Below, piece by piece: positions 30,960 to 40,765 of a stretch of DNA of 64,000 nucleotides; position 1 is the first letter of the stretch; every line of letters starts with the position of its first letter. The position numbers and the translations under genes were made by a program. Source of the DNA: an uncultured Acidobacteriota bacterium (lineage in GTDB: Bacteria; Acidobacteriota; Vicinamibacteria; Vicinamibacterales; 2-12-FULL-66-21); NCBI GenBank assembly GCA_963750915.1, contig CAVVSF010000005.1, positions 298,709 through 362,708 on the forward strand, written 5' to 3'. A model generated the notes under the pieces. It had not been told where the DNA came from, ran no database searches, and saw nothing but the letters and a program-made list of their open reading frames with translations.

Positions 30960-31830
30960 CTATAACGCCTGCGCCCCGGACACGACCTCGATGATCTCGC
31001 GTGTGATCGCCGCCTGGCGGACCTTGTTCATGTGCAGCGTCAGCTGCTCGATCATGTCCGCCGAGTTGCGCGTCGCCGCGTCCATCGCCGTCATCCGCGC
31101 CGCGTGCTCGGCGGCGGCCGATTCGAGCAGCGCCCGGTAGATCTGGACCTCGATGTGGCTCGGCACCAGCCGCGCCAGCAGTTCGTCCGGCGCCGGCTCG
31201 TAGCGATACTCGATCGTCGGCGCCTTCGGATCCGCGTTGCCGCCGCGCGGGATCGGCAGCAGCCGTTCGACGACGACGTGCTGCTGCATCACCGACTTGA
31301 ACTCGTTGTAGGCAAGGTGAACGCTGTCGACCTCGCCGCTGAGGAACGCGTCGATCGCGGTCTGCGCCATCGCCTTCGCATCCTCGTACTTGAGGGTCGC
31401 GAAGATGTTGACCCGCTCGAACGCGACCTTGAGCGGACGCCGGACGAAGAAGTCGCGGCCGCGGCGTCCGACCAGGCCGAGCGTGACCTGGCGCACCGAC
31501 GACTCGGCGGCAAACGCCGACGCCGCCTTGATGACGTTGGTGTTGAAGCTGCCACACAGCCCGCGATCGGCGGTGATGACGATGAGCAGGGCGCGGCCGC
31601 CGGCCTTCGGCGTCCGCCGCTCGTCGAGCAGCGCGTGCGCCGACGGGTCGACGCGCGACGCCAGGCTGTTGAGCACCCGCTGCATCTGCATCGCGTACGG
31701 GCCGCGCCTGCTGGATCCGCTCCTGCGAGCGGCGCAGCTTCGAGGCCGCGACCATCTTCATCGCCTTGGTGATCTGCTGCGTCGACTTGACGGCGCGGAC
31801 CCGGCGGCGAATGTCGAGAAGGGAGGGCAT
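30960..31830 (-). pseudogene. atpG: F0F1 ATP synthase subunit gamma with an apparent single-base frameshift near 31692-31700
   Basis: ORF 30886..31830 gives the canonical N-terminus [44 protein letters not shown]. The remainder ([12 protein letters not shown]...[12 protein letters not shown]...[15 protein letters not shown]) continues in ORF 30960..31691. Confidence 0.8.
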
Positions 31831-31833
31831 CGA

Positions 31834-33360
<1,527 letters not shown>

Positions 33361-33441
33361 GCTCTATGTCGATCCTTGTCGCTCTCTCGCTGCCCGGCGC
33401 GGTTCGTCTCGCTGCCGCGGCCCGTAACCTCTGGGTGTCTG

Positions 33442-33993
33442 CTAACCGGCGCCCGCCAGCGATTCGCGCAGCCGCTCGAGCTGCCGCGTGACGCTGCCGT
33501 CGTAGACCGTGCTGCCGATGCGCGTCACGGCGCCGCCGATGATCGAGGGATCGACGCGCGTCGCCAGCTGGACGTCGCGCCCGGTGGCGCGCGCCAGGCC
33601 GTCCTTCAGCGCCTGCACCTTGTCGTCCGCAATCGGCGTCGCCGTCACCAGCTCGGCGCGCACGACGTTCTGGTAATCCATCAGCCGATCGTCGAACGCC
33701 TGCGCGACGTCCGGCAGGATGCCGAGGCGATCGCGTTCGGCCAGCATCAGCAGCAGCTTCGCCAGCGGCGGCTGCAGCGCGCCGGCGCGCGCGATCAACT
33801 GCTCGACGACGGCGCGCTTGCGCGCCGCCGGGATGGCGGGGTTGGTGAGGACGCGGCCGAGCGTCGCGTGCTCACGGCCGAGCGCCGCGAAGCTGCGAAG
33901 GTCGCGCGCCACCTGCAGCAGGTCGCGCTGCTCGGCGAGCGTCGTGTCGAACAGCGCCCGGGCGTAGCGAATCGCGGCACCGCGGCTCGTCAC
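33442..33993 (-). CDS. atpH: F0F1 ATP synthase subunit delta (OSCP)
   Basis: IRYARALFD... and the C-terminal GGAVTRIGSTVYDGSVTRQLERL are typical of OSCP/delta. Confidence 0.85.
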   Translation of the reverse strand: MTSRGAAIRYARALFDTTLAEQRDLLQVARDLRSFAALGREHATLGRVLTNPAIPAARKRAVVEQLIARAGALQPPLAKLLLMLAERDRLGILPDVAQAFDDRLMDYQNVVRAELVTATPIADDKVQALKDGLARATGRDVQLATRVDPSIIGGAVTRIGSTVYDGSVTRQLERLRESLAGAG

Positions 33994-34431
33994 CGGACCT
34001 CCACCGAGATGCCGGCCGTCGCCGACAAGGCGAGGGCGCAGTCCCGACCGTGATGCGAAAACTCAATCATTGAGGGAAGCCTGAGATAGTGCCCGAGGAC
34101 GCCCGGATCGTCAGGACGCGAGGCTCCGGACACGCAGGCGGACTCTCACATTGGGGGTCGAACCCGCAATGCAAAACATCAATTTATACCATTCGACGGG
34201 GACCGGTCACAAGGCGTGCGGTCTCGATTGCGGAATCTTTCGGGCGCTGATTCGTCACACGACGCGGATCACGCGGATCTTTTTCACCGGACGCGGATTT
34301 CTGCCACGGGACGCGGATCTAACGGATTCGACAGATCTCGGGGTCATGCTCGAATGGCGGAGACAAACGCCAGCGATGCGGTCCTCTCGCGTCAGGTCGC
34401 TCGCTCGCTGCCAGCGGGTGCTTGCTTTGTT

Positions 34432-34457
34432 GGGGACTGTCACTCGTGACTGTCCCC
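34432..34457. terminator. Short variant of the GGGGAC(A/T)GTCAC hairpin, downstream of selD
   Basis: GGGGACTGTCAC-TC-GTGACTGTCCCC has 12-nt arms with one central mismatch. Confidence 0.4.
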
Positions 34458-34500
34458 AATCTCATCATTTTCGAGGCTCGATTCGAGCTATCTCGTTCTC

Positions 34501-35532
34501 TTACAAGACATTTACGGCCGATCCTGACGATTCTGTCACTCGACCAATGTTCGCCACGACTACACCCGCCGAACGGAGAACATCGAGCGCCACTGACATG
34601 TCAGTAGCGGCAAGCGAAATCAGCAGGCCACCCGACGTCTGCGGGTCGTAGAAGAGCTGGATCAGGTCGGGCGGCACGTCGGCGGCGACCTGTGTCGACG
34701 TGCCGAAATGCTGCGCGTTCGTCCGGCCGCCGCCCGGCACATTGCCGCCGACGAGGTCGCGGGCGCCCGGCAGCAGCGGCACCGACGCGGCGTCGATCTC
34801 GAGCGTGCAGCAGCTCGCGGCCGCCATCTCCATCGCATGGCCAATCAGGCCGAAGCCGGTGACGTCGGTGCAGCCGTGCACGGTCCGCGGCGGCAATCGT
34901 TCCAGGGCCTCTGCCGCGGCGCGGTTCAGCGTCGTCATCGAAGCGACGGCGGCATCGATCGCATGCGCCGGCGCGCGCTGAAACTTGAGTGCGGTGGAGA
35001 TGACCCCGGTGCCGAGGGACTTCGTGAGCAGGAGCACGTCGCCGGGGCGCGCGCCGGCGTTGGACCAGATCGCCGAGGGAGAGATCTCGCCGGTGATGGC
35101 GTAGCCGAACTTGATCTCGGCGTCCTGCACGGTGTGGCCGCCGAGGAGTGCGACGCCAGCCTCGCGCAACGTGTCGAGACCGCCGCCGAAGATGTCGGCG
35201 AGGATCGCGCGATCGGCATCCTTGGGGAACGCGGCGATCGCGAGCGCGGTCAGCGGCCGGCCGCCCATCGCGTAGACGTCGCTCAGGGCGTTGGCGGCGG
35301 CGATGCGGCCGAAGACGCGCGGGTCGTCGACGATCGGCGTGAAGAAATCGACGGTCTGGACGAGCGCGCGATCGCGATCGATTTTGTACACACCCGCATC
35401 GTCGGAAGTCCGGTAATCGATCAGGACCCGTGGGTCGTTCGGCACGCGCAAATCGCCCAGGACCTGGGCGAGCTCGCCAGCCGCGAGCTTACTCGCTCAA
35501 CCCGCGCAGGCGGCGTAGTCAGTCAGTCGCAT
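34501..35532 (-). CDS. selD: Selenide, water dikinase SelD, predicted selenocysteine-containing (in-frame TGA at 35497..35499)
   Basis: ORF track starts at 35451 (TTG). Upstream in the same frame reads ATG-MRLTDYAACAG-TGA-ASKLAAGELAQVLGDL-RVPNDPRVL..., which aligns with the SelD N-terminal loop (RLTQYS..AG[C/U]GCK..P..L..VL). A GC-rich stem (GCGAG..CTCGC, GGCGAGCTCGCC) directly follows the TGA. Confidence 0.8.
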
Positions 35533-35549
35533 TTCTTAATCGGGGGACT

Positions 35550-36067
35550 TCGTCCCCCGAACCCCCTTACACGTTCGCTTGCGGGGGCCCCATTGCCCCG
35601 CGCCGCTCACGTGGCTTCGGTCGCTTCGCTCCCTCGCGGCGCGTCGGGCAATCTCGTCCCCCGAACCCCCGTGCACGTTCGCTTGCGGCGGCCCCATTGC
35701 CCCGCGCCGCTCACGTGGCTTCGGTCGCTTCGCTCCCTCGCGGCGCGTCGGCAATCTCGTCCCCCGAACCCCCCTACACGTTCGCTTGCGGCGGCCCCAT
35801 TGCCCCGCGCCGCTCACGTGGCTTCGGTCGCTTCGCTCCCTCGCGGCGCGTCGGGCGATCTCGTCCCCCGAACCCCCTTACACGTTCGCTTGCGGCGGCC
35901 CCATTGCCCCGCGCCGCTCACGTGGCTTCGGTCGCTTCGCTCCCTCGCGGCGCGTCGGCGATCTCGTCCCCCGAACCCCCGTGCACGTTCGCTTGCGGCG
36001 GCCCCATTGCCCCGCGCCGCTCACGTGGCTTCGGTCGCTTCGCTCCCTCGCGGCGCGTCGGGCGATC
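35550..36067. repeat. Five tandem copies of a 103/104-bp repeat
   Basis: TCGTCCCCCGAACCCCC recurs at 35550, 35654, 35757, 35861 and 35964, with a partial sixth copy at 36068. Units are more than 95% identical by eye. Confidence 0.92.
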
Positions 36068-36074
36068 TCGTCCC

Positions 36075-36137
36075 CCGAGCCCCGAACCCCTAACCCCGAA
36101 CCCCGAGCCTGAGCCCTGAGCCCTGAGCCCTGAGCCG
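36075..36137. repeat. GAGCCCY/GAACCCC heptamer tract ending the tandem array, immediately downstream of the parB stop
   Basis: CGAGCCCCGAACCCCTAACCCCGAACCCCGAGCCTGAGCCCTGAGCCCTGAGCCCTGAGCC. Confidence 0.8.
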
Positions 36138-36150
36138 ATCGAGACTCCCC

Positions 36151-37005
36151 TTAGCCGCTCGTCAGCTGCTCGTAGATCCGCTGCAGCTCGTCTTCGGATC
36201 CGAAATCGATCTCGATCCTTCCGCCCTTGCGCTTGCGCGTGATGCGGACGCGGGTGCCGAGTGAGAAGCGCAGCTTCTCTTCGGCGGCGCGCGTGTGCAC
36301 GTCCTTCGGCGACTCCTCGCGTTCGGTCGCGGGCTCGAGCGCCTTGTTGACCAGGACTTCGGTCTCGCGCACCGAAAGCTTGCGCGCGACGACGTCGCGG
36401 CCGATGCGGAGCTGGGCGGCTTCGTCGGGCAGGCCGAGAAGGGCGCGGGCGTGTCCCATCGCGAGTGCGCCGGAGGCGACGTTCTCGCGCATCTCGTGCG
36501 GCAGCTTGAGCAGCCGCACGGTGTTGGCGATCGTCGAACGATCCTTGCCGACGGCGTCGGCGACCTGCTCCTGCGTCAGCTTGAGCTCGTCGAGCAGCCG
36601 TCGGTACGCGGCGGCTTCCTCCATCGCGTTGAGGTTCTCGCGCTGGATGTTTTCGATCAGCGCCGCGGCGAGCAGCTGATCGTCCGGCGTGTCGCGCTGG
36701 ACGATCGGCACCTTGAGCAGGCCGGCACGCTGGGCCGCGCGCCAGCGCCGTTCGCCGGCGATGATCTCGTAGCCGCTCGCCGACTTGCGCACGACGATTG
36801 GCTGGATGATGCCGTTGGCGCGGATCGATCGCGCGAGCTCGTCGATCCGCTCCTCGTCCATCACCGTGCGCGGCTGGAACGGGTTCGGCGTCAGCAGATC
36901 CGTGTCGACTTCGAGCGGCTTCGCCGAGCTCGCCGCCGGCGCCGGTGTAGCGCCGGGAATCAGCGCGCTCAGGCCGCGGCCGAGGGCCGGACGTTTCTCA
37001 ACCAT
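36151..37005 (-). CDS. parB: Chromosome partitioning protein ParB (Spo0J)
   Basis: LTPNPFQPR box, GERRWRAA arginine patch, HTH region. 8-nt overlap with parA. Confidence 0.95.
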   Translation of the reverse strand: MVEKRPALGRGLSALIPGATPAPAASSAKPLEVDTDLLTPNPFQPRTVMDEERIDELARSIRANGIIQPIVVRKSASGYEIIAGERRWRAAQRAGLLKVPIVQRDTPDDQLLAAALIENIQRENLNAMEEAAAYRRLLDELKLTQEQVADAVGKDRSTIANTVRLLKLPHEMRENVASGALAMGHARALLGLPDEAAQLRIGRDVVARKLSVRETEVLVNKALEPATEREESPKDVHTRAAEEKLRFSLGTRVRITRKRKGGRIEIDFGSEDELQRIYEQLTSG

Positions 37006-37801
37006 AGTGAGGCTCCGTATACGCGGGCGGCGAGCCGGGGACGCGGTCCAGGAACTCGCGCGCGAGGGCGATGTAGGCGTTGGCGCCGCGCGACTTGACG
37101 TCGTAGAGGATCGCGGGAATGCCGTGGCTCGGCGCTTCGCCCAGCTTGATGTTGCGCGGGATGACGGTCTCGTAGACGCGATCCTGGAAGAACTCGCGGA
37201 TGTCCCGCGCCACCTGCTGTCCGAGATTGGTCCGCTCGTCGTACATCGTCAGCAGCACGCCGGCGATGTCGAGACCGGGATTAAAGGAGCCGCGGATGCG
37301 GCGCAATGTCGCCACGAGATCGGCGAGCCCCTCGAGCGCGAAGTACTCGCAGGTGAGCGGAATCAGCACCGCGTCGGCAGCGACGAGCGCGTTGAGCGTG
37401 AGCAGGCCGAGCGACGGCGGCGTGTCGATGAAGATGACGTCGAACGAATCACGCAACGGCTCCAGGATCTTGCGCAGCCGGCGCTCGCGATCCTCGAACG
37501 CGACGAGCTCCACCTCTGCGCCCGTGAGATGGCGGTCGGCCGGAATCAGCGAAAGGTTCTTGATCTTCGTGGGAACGACGACGGACGCCGGTTCCGGCGT
37601 GTCGGCGGTCAGAGCGGTGTAGATGGTGATGTCGGTCTGACCTTTCAGGCCGACGCCGCTGGTGAGATTGGCCTGCGGATCGAGGTCAACCAGGAGGACG
37701 CGCTGCTCCGCCATCGCGAGAGCGGCGGCGAGGTTGATGGCGGTGGTGGTCTTGCCGACGCCGCCTTTCTGGTTCGAGACGGCGATCACGCGGGCGGACA
37801 T
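36998..37801 (-). CDS. parA: Chromosome partitioning ATPase ParA (Soj)
   Basis: Deviant Walker A NQKGGVGKTTT. Start taken at MSARVIAVSNQKGG (267 aa). The longer ORF to 38119 runs through the parS/heptamer spacer. Confidence 0.95.
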   Translation of the reverse strand: MSARVIAVSNQKGGVGKTTTAINLAAALAMAEQRVLLVDLDPQANLTSGVGLKGQTDITIYTALTADTPEPASVVVPTKIKNLSLIPADRHLTGAEVELVAFEDRERRLRKILEPLRDSFDVIFIDTPPSLGLLTLNALVAADAVLIPLTCEYFALEGLADLVATLRRIRGSFNPGLDIAGVLLTMYDERTNLGQQVARDIREFFQDRVYETVIPRNIKLGEAPSHGIPAILYDVKSRGANAYIALAREFLDRVPGSPPAYTEPHYG

Positions 37802-37959
37802 TATATCAATTGACCTATTTATGTGTGAGTCGCTGCTAGCGGACAAGAGATCATAAGGGCTGCGGGTGCCGGATTCCAAACGCGACCTTGCCGTATTCGT
37901 AGCTGCTGGAGGATTGGACATCCGGGCTCTGCGATGACGACATACGAAGCGGCGGATGA

Positions 37960-37975
37960 GGTTCCACGTGAAACA
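37960..37975. promoter_or_regulatory. parS site (GGTTCCACGTGAAACA, 1 mismatch to the TGTTNCACGTGAAACA consensus)
   Basis: Read directly from the sequence, 160 bp upstream of the parA start. Confidence 0.75.
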
Positions 37976-38017
37976 CCGGCGCGAGCCGGGACCTTGAATG
38001 CGAGTCGCACCGTCGGG

Positions 38018-38077
38018 CCGAGCCCGAGCCCCGAGCCCCGAGCCCCGAGCCCCGAGCCCCGAGCCCCGAGCCCCGAG
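38018..38077. repeat. Direct heptanucleotide microsatellite (CCGAGCC)n, about 8.5 copies, between the two parS sites
   Basis: GGGCCGAGCCCGAGCCCCGAGCCCCGAGCCCCGAGCCCCGAGCCCCGAGCCCCGAG. No complementary arm is nearby. Confidence 0.85.
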
Positions 38078-38082
38078 AAGAA

Positions 38083-38098
38083 TGTTCCACGTGAAACA
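38083..38098. promoter_or_regulatory. parS site (TGTTCCACGTGAAACA, perfect match to the consensus)
   Basis: Read directly from the sequence. The flanking CC(C)GGCGCG is shared with the first site. Confidence 0.85.
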
Positions 38099-38226
38099 CC
38101 CGGCGCGTGTCAACTCCACCTGAAACGCAACTTCGGCGCTTCAGCTGGCGATTGCTGAACGAACCCAGCGAGCGCCCCGAACCCCCTGAGCCCTGAGCCC
38201 TGAGCCCTAAAAAGCGCAGCGCCCAC

Positions 38227-38880
38227 CTACTGGCCGATCCGGCGCTTCACGAGAACAGTGACTCGACTCTGAAGGGCCTCAATCAGGGGATAGGTCCCGG
38301 AAAACTCCAAGGGCGGGACGATGACGGAAGGGGATTGAGGGCCATCGGGACCGCGAAAGAGCACAAGCGAACCGCCGGGAGCGAGAAATGCCTGAAGGGT
38401 GGTCAGCACTCGAGCCTCGACACGCACGGCTCGAACTGATACGACGTCGTTCGATTCGTGGAGCTCAGGCCTGGCGAGCAGCTCCTCATAGCGGGAGGTT
38501 TCGACGCGCGCGTCGGTCAGCCCCAGCTTCCGAATCGCCTCCCGCAGGAACGCCGACTTCCTCGCCTTCACCTCCACCATCGTCAAACGCGCGGCGGGGA
38601 AGGCAAGCTTGAAGGGAATCGCCGGCGAACCACCGCCTGAACCGATGTCCATGATGCTGCGGACGTTCTGAGACAGGTGCCTCGCAGCCGCGATCGGCTC
38701 CAGCAGCAGCCGATCGACCCCGTCGTCCACATCCTTGATTGAGGTGAGGTTGATCTTCCGATTCCAGCCGGAGAGAAGCTCGTAGTACGCCGCCAGCTGC
38801 GCCGCGAGCGGTTCTGAAATGAAGACGTTTATCCGGGAAGCGCGCTTGAGGAGGCGACCCGCGACATCGCGTGACGGCAC
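38227..38880 (-). CDS. rsmG: 16S rRNA (guanine527-N7)-methyltransferase RsmG (GidB)
   Basis: WNRKINLTS and DIGSGGGSPAIP SAM motif. Synteny with mnmG and parAB. Confidence 0.9.
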   Translation of the reverse strand: MPSRDVAGRLLKRASRINVFISEPLAAQLAAYYELLSGWNRKINLTSIKDVDDGVDRLLLEPIAAARHLSQNVRSIMDIGSGGGSPAIPFKLAFPAARLTMVEVKARKSAFLREAIRKLGLTDARVETSRYEELLARPELHESNDVVSVRAVRVEARVLTTLQAFLAPGGSLVLFRGPDGPQSPSVIVPPLEFSGTYPLIEALQSRVTVLVKRRIGQ

Positions 38881-38892
38881 GCCTGAAGCCTA

Positions 38893-40732
38893 TCAGACTG
38901 AGACTGGGCTGCGCGGGCGATCGAGATAGACGGCGAGAACGGCGACGGCCGCCGGTGTCACTCCGGGAATTCGTGAAGCCTGGCCGAGCGTTTCCGGCCG
39001 TACAGAGGTGAGACGCTCGACCATCTCGCGCGACAGCCCGGGAATGCCGGCGAACGTGAACCCGCGAGGAATCTGACGCCCTTCCTGGCGACGCTGGCGC
39101 TCGATGGACGCGGACTGGCGCTCGATGTACCCGAGGTACTTGAAGTCGGTTTCGAGCGTGGCGAGATCGAGATGGCGGGACGCCTGGGAAAGATCGAGCG
39201 TCAACTGGCCGGCGTCAACGAGTGCGTCGAGGCGGGTTTCTGGCTGCTTGAGCGCCTGGGTCGCCGGCAATCGCTTGCCGTTTGCGGCGGTGACAACCGA
39301 TCTCGAGACAACTGCACGGTTCGCTTCGTAGCGGGCGCGCCGTTGATTGAACGCGTCCCACCGGTCGTCGGCCACCAGTCCGGCAACGCGTCCGAGCGGC
39401 GTCAGGCGGAGATCGGCGTTGTCGGTTCGTAGCAGCAAGCCGATGCTCCGCCCGGGACGTGAACATCCGGTACGGCTCGAGACATCCCTTCGTCGTCAGG
39501 TCGTCGATCATCGTGCCGATGTAGGAGTCGGCGCGCGTGAGGAGGAGGGGGGGAGCGCCTCCGGCGTGGAGGGCGGCGTTGGCACCCGCAACCAGTCCCT
39601 GCGCCCCGGCTTCCTCATAGCCGGACGTTCCGTTGATCTGCCCCGCCAGAAAGAGGCCGGGAAGCCGCTTCGTCTCGAGAGTGATTTTAAGTTCGGTCGG
39701 TTGCACGAAATCGTACTCGACGGCGTAACCATAACGCAGCAGGACAGCATCATACAAGCCTGGAAGTGCTTGTACCAGCTTGGTTTGTACGTCTGGAGGC
39801 AAGCTCATCGAGTAGCCGTTCAAGTAGATTTCGTCGACGTCTACACCCTCGGGCTCGAGAAACAATTGATGCCGCTCGCGATGCGGGAACCGCATGACCT
39901 TGTCTTCGAGCGAGGGACAGTAACGCGGGCCGATTCCAGCAATCTGGCCGTTGTAGAGAGGCGACTCGCCGATGTGCTCGCGCACGAGGTCGTGCACGCG
40001 GTCGGTCGTGTGGAGGATGTGACAGTCGATTTGAGTGCGCTCGATGCCGCAGGTGAGAAACGAGAAGGGCACCGGCGGATCGTCGCCAGGTTCCACGGCA
40101 AACCGCGAGAAGTCGATGCTCTTTCGATCGAGACGCGGCGGCGTTCCCGTTTTCAGCCGCCCCCACGCAAAGCCGATCGACTTGATCGACTCCGCGAGAT
40201 CGCGCGACGGCGGCTCACCGGCTCGCCCGGACGGTCGCTGATCGCGGCCGACGTGAACCAGTCCGTTGAGGAACGTTCCAGTCGTGATCACCAGCGCCCG
40301 GCAGGAGTAGGCTTCGCCGCTCTCGAGCGCGAGCCCTGTGACACCGTCGCCGCTGGCGAGAATCCGACCGGCGCGGCCGAAGATCCAGTCGATGCCAGGC
40401 TGCGCCCGCAGCGCGTCGTACACCCACTGGCTGTAGCGGCGCTTGTCCGCCTGGGCGCGCGGCGACCACACCGCCGGTCCGCGGCTGCGATTGAGCAGCT
40501 TGAACTGGATGCCGGTCGCGTCGATCGCCAGCCCCATCAACCCGCCGAGCGCGTCGATCTCTCGAACCAGGTGTCCCTTCGCAGTGCCGCCGATCGCCGG
40601 ATTGCACGGCATGTGCGCCACCGTCGCGTCGGAGAGCGTACAGATCGCGACGCTGCGGCCCATCCGGGCCGCCGCCCACGCCGCCTCTACGCCGGCGTGG
40701 CCGGCGCCAATGACGATGACGTCGTAATCCAT
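38893..40732 (-). pseudogene. mnmG: tRNA uridine 5-carboxymethylaminomethyl modification enzyme MnmG (GidA) with an apparent single-base frameshift near 39437-39440
   Basis: ORF 39215..40732 is canonical up to ...PYRMFTSRAEHRL. The expected continuation LLRTDNADLRLTP... is in ORF 38893..39438. Confidence 0.8.
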
Positions 40733-40765
40733 CTCTGGTGGGGTTGAATCTGATCCCAGACTAAC

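Noticed and set aside
34153-34167. tRNA-like T-arm fragment (GGGGGTCGAACCCGC), considered as a tRNA gene or att-site remnant.
   Set aside because: No acceptor, D or anticodon arms could be built on either strand, and the T-stem itself pairs at only 3 positions. No integrase is nearby.
35600-35615. CACGTG core in every 104-bp unit (CGCTCACGTGGCTT) considered as a degenerate parS.
   Set aside because: Only 7 of 16 positions match the parS consensus, and the flanking half-sites are not palindromic. The true parS sites are at 37960 and 38083. ParB binding to the array remains only a testable speculation.
35550-36067. CRISPR array interpretation of the tandem repeats.
   Set aside because: Units are contiguous, about 104 bp long and nearly identical, with no unique spacers between them. 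No cas genes are in the window.
35430-36119. ORFs translated through the tandem array (35430..36119, 35579..36112 and 34708..36093 on the plus strand; 35536..35817 on the minus strand).
   Set aside because: All frames are open only because of GC content. The repeat period (103/104) is not a multiple of three. The products are repetitive Arg/Pro/Ala strings, and ORF 34708.. is antisense to selD.
36998-38119. Long ParA ORF (373 aa) starting at 38119.
   Set aside because: The extra N-terminal part is read through the parS sites and the heptamer microsatellite (GARGSGLGARGSGLG...). The Walker A box lies 10 residues after the internal ATG at 37801, as in Soj/ParA.
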